Numbered from the stretch's first letter, positions 1 to 10,469 are shown. The stretch: 51,303 nucleotides of DNA from a virus (IMGVR_UViG_3300050011_000546:1-51303), one strand, 5' to 3'. The notes: a model not told the origin generated them from the letters alone. Made by a program: numbers and translations.

Positions 1-429
1 TCACTTGATGGATTTGCGCCAATACAGCGTATTCGGCCAGGCCCATGGCGTTTGCGGTTGGTACAACCGATAACCGGCCCGGATAAAGTTGTTCGCGGAC
101 GCGATGTTTTCGGTGGTATCGGAAACGATGCTGTTCCATCCATTATGTCGCGCACGCGATTCCAGCGCACGCATCAGGCGCAATTGAAGGCCGTTACCAC
201 AGTGTTTTTTCAGCACACCGACCCGGGAGAGATATCCCGCGTTGAAGGCGCGCGTGGACGGAATGACCCCGGCAAACGCGACCGGCATGGTCTCGTGATA
301 CGCCAGCCACCAATGCCCCCGATCGAATGCCGGAACCGATGCGCCGTCAAAGAATGTCAGGCGGTGAAGGTCTGCCAGCGTGTCCGCGATGTCGTCGTCA
401 TAACCATCGACCTCGCGAATCCCGTACAT
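1..429 (-). CDS. GNAT family N-acetyltransferase
   Basis: Motif A RVGVLKKHCGNGLQLRLM and NxxSxNNFIRAGY; likely start MYGIREV at 429. Confidence 0.85.
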   Translation of the reverse strand: MYGIREVDGYDDDIADTLADLHRLTFFDGASVPAFDRGHWWLAYHETMPVAFAGVIPSTRAFNAGYLSRVGVLKKHCGNGLQLRLMRALESRARHNGWNSIVSDTTENIASANNFIRAGYRLYQPQTPWAWPNTLYWRKSIK

Positions 430-573
430 CGGCCAGGCCCTTAAAATCACGCCTTCAAAAATCGCGGCCTCTGCACGGCAGAGGTTTTTCGTCACACGCA
501 GAAGGTCGCTGCGAATCAAGACGCCCGTTATCACGGGCTTGTCCACTGATGACGCCTGGGGAATAGTGCAGGA

Positions 574-1041
574 ATGAAAATTCGGGATGCCGTTCCGGAA
601 GACGCGTCAGCCGCCTGCCAAATCATGCGGCGGTCGATCGTGGAACTGTGCATCGCCGACCACAAAAACGACCCGGCCATTCTGGAGCGATGGTTGAGCA
701 ACAAGACGCCTGAGATATTCAAATTGTGGATCCGACCCGGTAACTCGCTGCTTATCGCCGTCGAGGACGACAGCATCCTTGCCGTGGGTGCTGTCACCGA
801 CATGGGAGAGATCACACTCAACTACGTGTCACCGGATGCGAGATTTCGCGGTGTCAGTAGAGCATTGCTGGACGCTCTCGAAGCGCGCGCGATGGAACGA
901 GGAAACCAGCGATGCACGCTCACCAGCACCGAAACGGCGCGGCGCTTCTACCTCGCCAGAGAGTATTCTGAAGACGGACCCGCGGCCGGCAACTTCGGCA
1001 CACCTTCCGGCTACCCCATGTCAAAGCGCCTGGTAGTCTGA
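574..1041 (+). CDS. GNAT family N-acetyltransferase
   Basis: YVSPDARFRGVSRALL and ARRFYLAR motifs. Confidence 0.88.
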   Translation: MKIRDAVPEDASAACQIMRRSIVELCIADHKNDPAILERWLSNKTPEIFKLWIRPGNSLLIAVEDDSILAVGAVTDMGEITLNYVSPDARFRGVSRALLDALEARAMERGNQRCTLTSTETARRFYLAREYSEDGPAAGNFGTPSGYPMSKRLVV

Positions 1042-1252
1042 AAATGCTTAATCGTGAGCATCCAGCATCAGCGGAATCACCTAAGGCATCGTTTCGCCTT
1101 CTCGATTTCCTTGTCTGAAATACCTTTTGCTCGCGCCCAGGATTCCACTGCTGCTTCGCCATATTGGGCGACAGCTTTCCTGACGACCCAGCAGGGGATG
1201 GCTTGCGCTGGAAATGGAAGCATAAGTGCTGAAACCACAACGAGGGTGCGGA

Positions 1253-1579
1253 TCATTTCTGCGGAACGAACCCTGACCGCTCCAGAACGCGGTCCAGCCG
1301 GTCGCCAAGCCTCTCGATGGCCTGGGTCAGCCGATCCTCAACCTCTCGCATGACTTCGCGATGGATGTATTCCCGCGCGATCTGCTCACGATAAAGCGCG
1401 AATGAGGCCGACAGCAGCGTCGCCTTTTCGTTGGCTTCCTTGGCGTCATCCTCGGCCTCCGACGCGGTGACTTCCGCTTTGGTCAGTCGCGACGAAAGCG
1501 ACATCCAGAAACCGAGAATGGCGAGGGCCGGGACGATGAGAGCGGCGGCAAAGCTGGCCCATTGCGGTATTTCGTTCAT
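1253..1579 (-). CDS. Phage lysis-module membrane protein (N-terminal TM plus coiled coil)
   Basis: One TM helix then coiled coil; last gene of the lysis cassette, overlapping the upstream gene. Confidence 0.6.
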   Translation of the reverse strand: MNEIPQWASFAAALIVPALAILGFWMSLSSRLTKAEVTASEAEDDAKEANEKATLLSASFALYREQIAREYIHREVMREVEDRLTQAIERLGDRLDRVLERSGFVPQK

Positions 1580-1959
1580 CGCTTGATGATCCGCGCGACG
1601 TTTTCAAATCCGCGCTTTACGAAGTAGAAGGAAACAACGAGGTTGGCGGTGGTCGCCGCAAAACCGCCGAGCGCTTCGGTCACGCCGAGCCCCATTACCT
1701 TGTCCCAGATCAGCAGCTTGCCGAAATAGAGTGCGACGAAATATCCCATCAGCTTGTCGGGCTCATACCAGTGCCCGATCTCCGCGACGCGATATTGCAT
1801 GATCGCGTTGGTCTCCGCGACCTGCGCTGCGATTTCGCCCGCTGCCAAATCGGCGGCGATTTTGCTTTCGACGTTGCCCGCTTTCAGCTTTGCATTGTAG
1901 GCGTCGATCAACCCCTTGATGACGGGGCCGCCGAGAAAACTTAAGATAGCCATCCACAT
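1576..1959 (-). CDS. Putative holin (3TM-holin-like)
   Basis: Hydrophobic segments and C-terminal FYFVKRGFE; downstream of endolysin. Confidence 0.6.
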   Translation of the reverse strand: MWMAILSFLGGPVIKGLIDAYNAKLKAGNVESKIAADLAAGEIAAQVAETNAIMQYRVAEIGHWYEPDKLMGYFVALYFGKLLIWDKVMGLGVTEALGGFAATTANLVVSFYFVKRGFENVARIIKR

Positions 1960-1960
1960 T

Positions 1961-2203
1961 TCAAGGTGCTTTCCTGAGAGAACGCAGACGGGCGACGATG
2001 GTCACAATCGATATGCCCAGGAGGACGCGGCCGGCGGTCTTTGCATCGCCGATCGACGCGCTGATTTGATCCTTCAAGCCCGGGTCACCCAAGGCATCCG
2101 CGATGGAATCCAGACCCTGCAAGACAGCCCCGGCGAATGCGAGGAAGTAACCCCACGCAATCGTCAGGGAGTTCAGGCAGAAGGTTTTAGCCTTGGCCCA
2201 CAT
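1961..2203 (-). CDS. Small 2-TM holin-like protein
   Basis: MWAKAKTFCLNSLTIAWGYFL...VARLRSLRKAP; two TM segments; lysis cassette. Confidence 0.55.
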   Translation of the reverse strand: MWAKAKTFCLNSLTIAWGYFLAFAGAVLQGLDSIADALGDPGLKDQISASIGDAKTAGRVLLGISIVTIVARLRSLRKAP

Positions 2204-2205
2204 TT

Positions 2206-2370
2206 TTAGACCTTCTTGGCGACGGCCACGAGGGCATCCGCCTTGGCGTGAAGCTTGGCGGAAAGCGCATTGGCGCCAATCACCATTTGCTGGATTTTGT
2301 CTTTTCCGAACCAAATCAGCGCGCCGCCGCACCCGAAACCAAATGCGAAACCGATGGTGTAAATAGTCAT
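2206..2370 (-). CDS. Small membrane protein (54 aa, absent from the ORF track)
   Basis: Translated by hand: MTIYTIGFAFGFGCGGALIWFGKDKIQQMV...AKKV*; fills the gap between endolysin and holin. Confidence 0.65.
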   Translation of the reverse strand: MTIYTIGFAFGFGCGGALIWFGKDKIQQMVIGANALSAKLHAKADALVAVAKKV

Positions 2371-2373
2371 GGG

Positions 2374-3096
2374 TTATTTCCTTTTGAAAGTTGCCAGGAT
2401 GGCAGACAGAACGGACGCGATAGCCGCGCCAATCGAACCCTTTGACGGATTCGAAATCGAGGGTTTTGGAATGTCGGGAGGCGACGGATTGGGCGTGGAC
2501 GGCAGGATGACGATGGGCGGCATCTTGCCGTCGAAGCTGATGGTGCGGTCGAGCGCCATCATTGCCAGCAGCAGACCGGCGCAGCCGAGCTGCTGATCTA
2601 TCGCATTCGGATCGAATACGCCGTCACGGACGTATTTGCCGGACCTGTACTGATCGGTCCCCGACCAAATGTAGGGCGACGGCATCCCTCGCGAAGCGTA
2701 GCCAAGCCCGTTATATTGCTCCAGCATGGTTAGCGTGCCGCCGATGCTCCAGTCCTTGTTACGCGCGGCATAGGGAGCGCAGTTGACAAGAGCATCGATC
2801 GCCGCCTTTTCCCATGAATTGAACGGGCCACGTCCTGCGGGGACGTGAACGGAAACCCTGTTCCAGGGATCGCCCTGCGCCAGCGAAGCGGTCCAGTCCT
2901 GTGAAGATTCCCGCTCGTGGGCAACTGCGATGAAAGCCCACGGCACGCCGGTCTTGGCCGAAACCGTCTGATAGCGGCCCTTGGCATTCGGCAGGATCAG
3001 ATATTTCGCGACGGCGGTAAAACTTCCCGCTCGCAATGACCTGGCATTTGTCCAGCGGGAGGTGTTCGCTGCCTTTAGCGCTACGAGATCGGTCAT
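2374..3096 (-). CDS. Endolysin, lysozyme family (COG5526-like)
   Basis: IAVAHERES, VPAGRGPF, LEQYNGLGY, SPYIWSGT, GKYVRDG and QLGCAG motifs; start MTDLVALK. Confidence 0.85.
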   Translation of the reverse strand: MTDLVALKAANTSRWTNARSLRAGSFTAVAKYLILPNAKGRYQTVSAKTGVPWAFIAVAHERESSQDWTASLAQGDPWNRVSVHVPAGRGPFNSWEKAAIDALVNCAPYAARNKDWSIGGTLTMLEQYNGLGYASRGMPSPYIWSGTDQYRSGKYVRDGVFDPNAIDQQLGCAGLLLAMMALDRTISFDGKMPPIVILPSTPNPSPPDIPKPSISNPSKGSIGAAIASVLSAILATFKRK

Positions 3097-3108
3097 TGAT
3101 GCTCCAAG

Positions 3109-3130
3109 AAAAAACCGCCCGAAGGCGGCT
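3109..3130 (-). terminator. Rho-independent terminator-like hairpin upstream of the endolysin
   Basis: Minus strand ccgcc-ttcg-ggcgg followed by a T-tract. Confidence 0.6.
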
Positions 3131-3175
3131 GAAGTAGCTATGCGACGTGGGGTTGTGGTGGTAGAGGTCGCGTCG

Positions 3176-4024
3176 ATGTCAAGGATCAGAGACTTTCTAT
3201 ATCTCCGGGATGCATTCGGGACCGACAGAGCCATCATTGGCGCCGGCAGATCTTTATTGCGTCGGCTGTCTGCTGAGCCCCCTCACGCTGATAAAGCCGA
3301 TCCTACGCCAGCCTTGGTGCAAGGCCAACCTGCGATGAGCAGCGATGTCGCGAGTCTGGCTGGGTCAACCTTCTTGGTGCGCGAGGGAACATGGGACGCC
3401 GCCATAGCTGGCGAAACTCTGAACTATCTACGGCTTCTGAAAGAACGAAACTTGGTGACATTCGCCAACGTCATCGATATCGGCGGCCACATTGGCAGTT
3501 TCAGTATTCACCTCGCACGGCAGGCCAAGATCACTGGCAAGATCTATGCATTAGAGCCATTGAAATCCAATTTCGATTTGATCCGAAAGAACATTGAGTT
3601 GAACGGATTCGCCGAGAAAATCATTCCCATCAATGCCGCAGCATCGTTCCGCGTTGGCACCTCGATTTTGAAGATTAGTTCGGAAAATACTGGAGGAAAT
3701 CATCTGTCAACCTCACGATCTGGCAATGACGAAGAGGTCAAAACGCTAGATATCGCCAAACTGTTCGACAGCATCGAAGGCCCTATCGATTTAATAAAAA
3801 TCGACTGCGAGGGATGGGAGTTTCCGATCTTCAAACGGCTAAAGACCAGGCTTCACAAGGTCAAAGCAATAGTGGGCGAATCCCATCGAACGATCTTTTC
3901 CGATCCCGCCCATCAACGTCACTTTCTTGAGAAGCAAGGATTCAAAGTCGAGATGTTTTCAGACGGCGCCGGGTTTTCCGATTTTTTCGCGACGAATATC
4001 ACTCGGCCGGTCGTTATTAGATAA
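3176..4024 (+). CDS. FkbM family SAM-dependent methyltransferase (moron)
   Basis: VIDIGGHIGSF, ALEP, IDLIKIDCEGWE; antisense to phage genes; lower GC. Confidence 0.88.
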   Translation: MSRIRDFLYLRDAFGTDRAIIGAGRSLLRRLSAEPPHADKADPTPALVQGQPAMSSDVASLAGSTFLVREGTWDAAIAGETLNYLRLLKERNLVTFANVIDIGGHIGSFSIHLARQAKITGKIYALEPLKSNFDLIRKNIELNGFAEKIIPINAAASFRVGTSILKISSENTGGNHLSTSRSGNDEEVKTLDIAKLFDSIEGPIDLIKIDCEGWEFPIFKRLKTRLHKVKAIVGESHRTIFSDPAHQRHFLEKQGFKVEMFSDGAGFSDFFATNITRPVVIR

Positions 4025-5006
4025 TCCTCAAGATGTAATTGCAGACGATGGTCGGCTGCACGAGTTTGAATGCCGTTCCAGAGCCACCCAACGCCGTTGA
4101 TGCTGTGATTCCGGTTGCTGCGGTAGCTGTCTGCGTCGCGATGGTGCTGTTGGCTTGCGGATTACTAGTGCCGACCGCTCCGCCGAATTGGTTTGTCCAC
4201 AATCCGTTCAATCCGAACCCGTGAAGATGACCCGGATCAGTGATAGTCGTCGTTAGAGTTGCAGCCGGCAAGTTGGCTTGCAGAATTGTTCCGTTCTGGC
4301 CGCCGCCGACAGCGCCTAACGTGGCACCATCAACACCACCCCCAGCAGTCGTCAGCCGCGTTGCCACCGCTTCTTTCATCACGGAAGCGCGGCCGGTCTT
4401 GTCCGGCAGATTGAACGTGGTCGACCCGTCCCCAATCCCGTATGTCGTTCCCAGGATCGCAAATGCGGTTGCGTAAGTGGATCGTGAAACAGCCTGTCCC
4501 GCAGGAAATACGAAGCCGCTGTTAGGCGCAGTCGTTCCCCAATAATCCAGTCCGGAGCAAAGCGGCACATTGTACGGGTTGCCGTAAAATCCATGAAGGT
4601 AGAATGCCCCATCAGAATTATTATAGGTTGCGATATAGGGCGTTCCTTGAATGATCGTTCCTGCCAAAAGTTCAACGCCCGGCGCGGAACGCAACGGCTT
4701 CGCGCCCAGCGAGTCCACGTTCAACGTCACCGTCGCAGCATTCGTGGTGTGCGGCGTGAACGCGATCATTTGACCGCCGAGATGAGCGAGTGTGTCGAAT
4801 ACCTCGTAAGACGAAACCGTATAGGCCGTGCTTGAACCGCTGGTGACGATCGCGCCGGCGATGTCATCGCGGTATTTCGCGGTCGCGGCCATCATGGCGC
4901 GGGCGCTGTCGTTCACGGTTGAGGGCGCCTGACCTTCCTGCCAGTTGATCGTCGCGTCCGCCGTCGCGTCGGAAGCGGCCGTCTGTGACCATTTGTAAAG
5001 TGTCAT
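4017..5006 (-). CDS. Tail fibre protein with tail-collar domain
   Basis: GQAVSRSTYATAF...GTTYGIGDGSTTFNLPD collar motif; ends QPTIVCNYILRII. Confidence 0.85.
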   Translation of the reverse strand: MTLYKWSQTAASDATADATINWQEGQAPSTVNDSARAMMAATAKYRDDIAGAIVTSGSSTAYTVSSYEVFDTLAHLGGQMIAFTPHTTNAATVTLNVDSLGAKPLRSAPGVELLAGTIIQGTPYIATYNNSDGAFYLHGFYGNPYNVPLCSGLDYWGTTAPNSGFVFPAGQAVSRSTYATAFAILGTTYGIGDGSTTFNLPDKTGRASVMKEAVATRLTTAGGGVDGATLGAVGGGQNGTILQANLPAATLTTTITDPGHLHGFGLNGLWTNQFGGAVGTSNPQANSTIATQTATAATGITASTALGGSGTAFKLVQPTIVCNYILRII

Positions 5007-5025
5007 GTTGGTTTCCCTTGAAATG

Positions 5026-5050
5026 AAAACGGCGACCTCCGGGGTCGCCG
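5026..5050 (-). terminator. Rho-independent terminator-like hairpin
   Basis: Minus strand cggcgacc-ccgga-ggtcgccg followed by tttt. Confidence 0.55.
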
Positions 5051-5138
5051 ATCGCGGCTGTTCGTCTTTTTGAGATAAAAATGGCGGGTTCTTAACAGGC
5101 TCAAAATGCCCGCGCGCAGCCTCCGATGCCGTCGGACC

Positions 5139-5372
5139 TTACCCGGCCTCGCCGCCAGTGATCTCGAGATATTGCGCACAGGGACATGCCGGCGCGCGGG
5201 CGGTCAGGAGGTTGCGGATCACGCCCAAGGGCACGCCCGGACTTTGCTTCGCCACGGCTTCGGCCTTCGCATCGATGATGGCGTCGATATCGGCGCGGAT
5301 CTGTTTGATTCGGTCTTCAAGCGGCGGCGTGCTTGTCGCCGACGTATCCTTTAATGTCATGTTCAATGCCAT
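5139..5372 (-). CDS. Small hypothetical phage protein
   Basis: High-GC codon usage, coiled coil, CPC motif; co-oriented. Confidence 0.65.
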   Translation of the reverse strand: MALNMTLKDTSATSTPPLEDRIKQIRADIDAIIDAKAEAVAKQSPGVPLGVIRNLLTARAPACPCAQYLEITGGEAG

Positions 5373-5446
5373 CTGTTCCCTGCTGTGTGGGTTATTGGAA
5401 GACGGATAGTTTGCCGAGCGACCGCGACTACGCCGCCCAGGTCAGG

Positions 5447-6676
5447 TCAACGCCGATAGAGCGGACTGAAGATCGACGGCACAAGCTGCGTGGGATGCTC
5501 AGGGTCGACGCCGGCCAGGGAGCGTATCCAATTGCCGATGCTGCCGCTGGCGAGTGGTGCGTAAGGATTCGAAGGGTCAAAGGGCGGCGGCGGCTTGGTC
5601 GGATCGAACATAGGCGCCTGCGGCTGGTTGCCGTTCAGCTGGCGCTGGTATTGATCGTATTCGTCGGCATAGGGAAGCGCCGAGCCCTGGGAGTTCTGCG
5701 GCTCAGGCGCCGGTGGAGCGGGAATATCGGTCGAACCGCTTGCCGGAGGAAAGCTCCCGCTTCCAAAGCGGTTGTCGAACGTCGCGGAATTATCCGAAAA
5801 ACCCCAGACCGGCGGATCGGTCCATGGCTGTACCGACCTGTCGCTATACTTCTCGAGCGTTCCGCCGGTTTGCGGCGGCTGCACGGATCGCAACGGATTG
5901 GAAGGGTCGATGCCGGCGAGCGGAAACCGCCAGTCCCCGACACCGAGGCCGTTTCCATCGCCGATCTGGCCTGCTGGGTACTGAGCCTGCGGCCGGTAAC
6001 CGAAGTCACTGATCGGCGATGCCCCGTTGCGCGCTACATCTGCGTTGGCATAACCCTTGGAAAAGTTGTCGTAGTTTTGCTGAGAAAGAAAATGAGGCCC
6101 GCTTGTATCAATTGAGTCCCACTTACCACTAGTCAAATATTTAAAGGGTTGTTTAATATAACGGTTTTCCAGGTTCGCCATTCCCCCACCGATCTCCGCC
6201 CACTCCCGTGGTATTCCGGACCAGCGGGTTACGGATCCTAGATGGTAGGAGGCACTACCAACAAACGCTGGAACGACAGAACCCTCCGGAATTCCCCACT
6301 GCGGGTTTCGCTGCAAATCTTGCGAACCGCCTTGGCTGAAAGCATCGATCATCTGCGCCCGCGCTCGCATCGATCCCATGATGCCCGTTGCATCTTTCGG
6401 ATAAACCTGGTTCAGGGTATTTGCGACATCGGCTGCGAAGGCCCGGGCTTGCTGCTCGGTGTAGTTAGCGGGAACGATGAGGTAATTATTTGGATTTGCG
6501 ATCTCTCCCCTCGTCTTATATTTGTCCGAACCATCAGCATAAATATACGCGTTCTGAGAACCACCCGGTGTCGGGTCGACGACAGGCTGACCGTTAAGCG
6601 TGATAAATTTGGCTGGGACATAACCCGTAAATTTTCGGTCTTTCTCGGAGCCAACATAAAATATTCGGTCTGACAT
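5447..6676 (-). CDS. Class A cargo: divergent Ntox44-like N-terminal domain plus IFSPLYRR tail
   Basis: GGSQDLQR...ASYHLG...SGIP domain; ends WIRSLAGVDPEHPTQLVPSIFSPLYRR. Confidence 0.65.
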   Translation of the reverse strand: MSDRIFYVGSEKDRKFTGYVPAKFITLNGQPVVDPTPGGSQNAYIYADGSDKYKTRGEIANPNNYLIVPANYTEQQARAFAADVANTLNQVYPKDATGIMGSMRARAQMIDAFSQGGSQDLQRNPQWGIPEGSVVPAFVGSASYHLGSVTRWSGIPREWAEIGGGMANLENRYIKQPFKYLTSGKWDSIDTSGPHFLSQQNYDNFSKGYANADVARNGASPISDFGYRPQAQYPAGQIGDGNGLGVGDWRFPLAGIDPSNPLRSVQPPQTGGTLEKYSDRSVQPWTDPPVWGFSDNSATFDNRFGSGSFPPASGSTDIPAPPAPEPQNSQGSALPYADEYDQYQRQLNGNQPQAPMFDPTKPPPPFDPSNPYAPLASGSIGNWIRSLAGVDPEHPTQLVPSIFSPLYRR

Positions 6677-6778
6677 TTTGTGTCCCCTCTCCTAAGAAAT
6701 AGCTGTAATGATAGTGGTGCTAATCGTCGAGCAATCAACGTTTAATAAATGCAATCTGCTTGGGATGAGAATTGTGGT

Positions 6779-7339
6779 TTAGCCGCCTTGCAATTCATCA
6801 ATGCGGACGCCGATGACGTAAAAGTCTCCGAAAATATGCGAGGCGCGGCCTTCAGATTCAATGTATACGTCGGGCGAAGAAAGCATCCCCATGGCGCTTT
6901 TCCAACCCTGCGTTCTCTGAGCTGGTGGTAAAACAAACTGCCCTGTTGTGTCGTAGATAACAGTGTCCCAGGTAATATCCGAAGTTGGAACGCCTTGGCA
7001 CTCACCGACCTGCTGCTTCTTGCCGTCTTCCACAAATGTGACCAGCCTGCATTGGGCCAGATACTTTTCGATTGGCGAGGCGTGGATACGAAATCCCGTC
7101 GATTGAAGCCATTGGCCTGGCTGGTGCAGCAAGATAATGACAAAGGCAACGCAAAAAATCGCGAGCGTATTCCACTTTCTTCTGATCAACGCCAACAGGG
7201 CGCAGACAAATAAGATGTTGATGCATCCAACGCAAACCAAGAACGACCAATCCGAAAAGCCGGGAACGTACATGAGCAGTTGGTGGGTCACCCAGCTTAC
7301 GAGCGTCGCCGCGACCAAAAGATATTTTAGCAACTTCAT
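6779..7339 (-). CDS. Putative membrane immunity protein, paralog 1 (YDTTG family)
   Basis: About 3 TM helices then CRLxxFVExG, YDTTG, GxFY; directly upstream of the class A cargo. Confidence 0.65.
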   Translation of the reverse strand: MKLLKYLLVAATLVSWVTHQLLMYVPGFSDWSFLVCVGCINILFVCALLALIRRKWNTLAIFCVAFVIILLHQPGQWLQSTGFRIHASPIEKYLAQCRLVTFVEDGKKQQVGECQGVPTSDITWDTVIYDTTGQFVLPPAQRTQGWKSAMGMLSSPDVYIESEGRASHIFGDFYVIGVRIDELQGG

Positions 7340-7535
7340 GGTGACCATCCAGCGAAAACCGACGACCGGGCCGTTACCACAAACAGGCGGTTTTCTGATT
7401 ATTGGTCGGCTCGTTGCATTCTTTTCTGCGTTCCGTGAGGACTTTTCGTGCACCTCCCCGTTACCTGTTGCAGATAATTTCAGGATATTTTGCGCGGGAG
7501 CGATGGGACCGGCGTGGCGCGCGCGTCAGCGCCGC

Positions 7536-7790
7536 GCATCCTACCATTTTGGCTATGTGACTCGTCTAGCCGGTGTACCAAGGGAGCTGGCGGAGCGGGG
7601 TGGAGGAGCATACAATTGGCTCAACGCTCATTTTTGGCAACCTCTGCAAGAATGGCACGAGAATGGTTCCCGTCTTGATTCGGTCCGAACCGTCAGCATA
7701 GATATAGGTATCCTGAGATACCTCCCGGTGTCGGGTCCACGACAGGCTTGCCGTTGATTGTGAGGAATTTTGCGGGCAACGCAATCTGCC
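7536..7790. pseudogene. Scrambled remnant of a paralog of the 5447-6676 toxin
   Basis: 7671-7790 matches 6512-6630 (YIYADGSD) in the same orientation; 7536-7665 encodes ASYHFGYVTRLAGVPRELAERGGG on the opposite strand. Confidence 0.75.
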
Positions 7791-7810
7791 AACAGCGAAG
7801 CTAGAGAGAC

Positions 7811-8395
7811 CTAGTGGGCGCTGTCCCCGTCAAATTCCGTTGCAAGAATGCCGACCCTGTAAAAATTTCCAGAAAGATGAATTGCGCGGTCTTCCGAGTC
7901 TCTGAGCACCCCTTTCGGAGGATAATGCCACATCGCGTCCTTCCACTCAGGTGTTCTCTCGCGCAAGGGCAAAACGAGCTCTCCCGTTGTATCGTAGAAT
8001 ACAACGTAAGAGACGAGGGCATCTCCGGAGTCTTCACAAACTCCGACCGTTTGCTTGACGTCCTTCTCAACAAATTCTGTCAATCGGCATCGGGCCAAAT
8101 ATTCTTGAATTGGCGAGGTATGGATGCGGAAGCCCAGTACATGAACCCAGTACAATTGCCTTGTAATTCCAAGATAGGGAAGAGAAACCACGAGCCACGC
8201 GGCAGCGAAAATCGCTAGTGCCCTCCATCGGAACCGAAACAAGGCGTCTACAGAAAAAAATAACAGAGGAATCCAACAGGCGAAGCCTATCCAGAGAAGC
8301 CAAACGAAAACAGTTGGAAGGAGGTAATAAAAAAAATGCGCGGCGTACTGACTTATCGGAGCGAAGAGGGCCAGGATATACTTTGGCGACGTCAT
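7811..8395 (-). CDS. Putative membrane immunity protein, paralog 2 (orphan)
   Basis: MTSPKYIL; CRLTEFVEK; FYDTTGEL; GNFY. Confidence 0.65.
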   Translation of the reverse strand: MTSPKYILALFAPISQYAAHFFYYLLPTVFVWLLWIGFACWIPLLFFSVDALFRFRWRALAIFAAAWLVVSLPYLGITRQLYWVHVLGFRIHTSPIQEYLARCRLTEFVEKDVKQTVGVCEDSGDALVSYVVFYDTTGELVLPLRERTPEWKDAMWHYPPKGVLRDSEDRAIHLSGNFYRVGILATEFDGDSAH

Positions 8396-9060
8396 GAGAG
8401 ACATCCAGCAAAACGGGGCCACTGGCTCGCTAGTACGAAGCAGGCTGCGCGAATTTTCTCCGTTCCATGAGGATTTTTCGTGCACTTACGACTACCTGTC
8501 GCCGGTAATTTCAGGATATTTTGTGCAGGCGCGATGGGACCGGCGTGGCGTGCGCCTCAGTGCCGCGTTCTTTGCGGCCAGTTCGATCAGCTTCCGTTAT
8601 GATTGGAGAATTCAAAGGCGCCAAATAGCGCTTTTCAATCGTAGCCAATTCTGCACCTCCTGGGCTCATTACTTTTTGTAGATATCGTCAAGCAAGCACG
8701 GTCGGGGCGACCGAAGACGCGCCCGGAATTGGTCCGGGATTATTGCAAGACTTGCCGCCAGTTCACGACTCTGTGGGTGTCTTCAAAGTCACTTCACGTC
8801 CAAAAACTGAAGATATAAAACGCCGAGCAATGGATTTTGAATAAATTCATTCCCCTTCCGTCTTCGTCCTTCGAAAACATGAAGCCGAATCAAGGAGTCT
8901 CTTGCATTGCGACGAACTGTGTGGTTGCCATCGAAGAAATAGCAGCAAGCTGGCCGTCCCTTATTTCCGTAGACGTGAACATGAACCTCGTCGGCTGTAG
9001 CGCTAATCGCCAAGCCATCATCGTTGCAGGCGGTGAAACCCCTGCGAACGGTGAAGAATA

Positions 9061-9642
9061 TTAGCCGCCGTCAAATTCGTCGTGATCAATGCTCACTCTG
9101 TAAAAATCCCCAGAAAGGCGCTCTGCGCGACCTTCCGAATCCCTTAGCACCTTTTTCGGAGAGTAATCATACATCGCGTCCTTCCACTCCGGCGTTCGCT
9201 GGGACACAGGTAATGCGATCTCTCCGGTCGTGTCATAGAATACGATATAAGCAGTGCTCTCATACACTACGCCCCAGTCTTCACATGAGCCGACTGTTTG
9301 TTTGACGCCCTTCTCTACAAACTCAGTCAACCGGCATCCGGACAGATACTCTTTCGCCGGGAATGCGTGGATGCGGAATCCCTGCCTACGAAGCCAGCTG
9401 AATGGCTCCGTGACTTCGAGAAAGGAGAGAGTAACCGCGACCCACGCGACGACAAAAATCGCTACCGCCTTCCATCGCCGCCGAAACAAGGCGCTCAAAG
9501 AGAAGAAAAACATCGGAAAGCAGCAGGCCAATCCTATCCACGGAAGCCGGGCTGCTAAGGTTGGCATAAGGTAAGTTAGAAATGCCGACGCATACCAACT
9601 CCCCGCGGCAAAAATAGCCAAAAGATACTTTGGTCGTGTCAT
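9061..9642 (-). CDS. Putative membrane immunity protein, paralog 3 (orphan)
   Basis: MTRPKYLL; CRLTEFVEKG; FYDTTGEI; GDFY. Confidence 0.65.
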   Translation of the reverse strand: MTRPKYLLAIFAAGSWYASAFLTYLMPTLAARLPWIGLACCFPMFFFSLSALFRRRWKAVAIFVVAWVAVTLSFLEVTEPFSWLRRQGFRIHAFPAKEYLSGCRLTEFVEKGVKQTVGSCEDWGVVYESTAYIVFYDTTGEIALPVSQRTPEWKDAMYDYSPKKVLRDSEGRAERLSGDFYRVSIDHDEFDGG

Positions 9643-9696
9643 TGAGGCATCCAGCGAAGCGTGGCTCGGCGATCTGCTTGCGATGAGAATTGTGTT

Positions 9697-10271
9697 TTAG
9701 CCGCCCTGATCTTCGTCAATGCGAATAACGATGGAGTAGAATTGTCCGACAATGTGCGATCCGCGCCCCTCGGATTCAGCGAACACCTTTGGCGAAGAAA
9801 GCATTCCCATGGCGTTCTTCCACGCTTGTGTTCTCCGCGCCAGCGGCAACATAAACTGTCCCGTCGTATCGTAGATCACGACCTCCCAGGTGATGCCCGA
9901 TGTCGCAAGGCCTTGGCATTCGCCGACCTGCTGCTGCGCGCCGTCTTCCACAAACGTGATAAGTCTGCATCTGGATAGATATTCTTCAATTGGCCAAGCG
10001 TGTAAGTGAAATCCTGTCGCAACAAGCCATCGACTTGGCTGTGTGACGCCCAATCCAGGAAGACAAATGACCAGCAGGGTGAGAGAAAAGATTGCGAACG
10101 TATTCCACTTTTTCTAAACAACGCCGATAGGGCACAGACAAGCACCGCAAAGCTGCATCCAAATCCGAAATAAAAAGACCACTCTGAATAACCTGGAACA
10201 TATTCCAACAGGAGTTCGGCAACCCAGCTAACGAGCGTGACGGCGACCAAAAGATATTTTAGAAACCTCAT
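9697..10271 (-). pseudogene. Immunity paralog 4, frameshifted
   Basis: MRFLKYLL start and YDTTG C-terminal half lie in different frames; shift near 10110. Confidence 0.7.
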
Positions 10272-10469
10272 TGCAAGCATCCAGCAAGGGCTGACGATCG
10301 AGCTGTTACCACAGGCAGGAAGCTTTCCGATTATTGGGCCGCCGGTCGCATCCCTTTTCTCCGTTCCGTGAGGACTTTTCGTGCGCCTCCTGGGTACCTG
10401 TTGCAGATAATTTCAAGATATTTTGTGCAGGCGCGATGGGACCGGCGTGGCGTGCGCGTCAGCGCCGCG

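Noticed and set aside
1-1250. GNAT genes as part of the element, or an att site at the left boundary
   Set aside because: They look like ordinary host flank; no tRNA or att repeat is identifiable within the window
8590-9060. Short ORFs between immunity paralogs 2 and 3
   Set aside because: No recognisable motif or convincing start; probably decayed sequence
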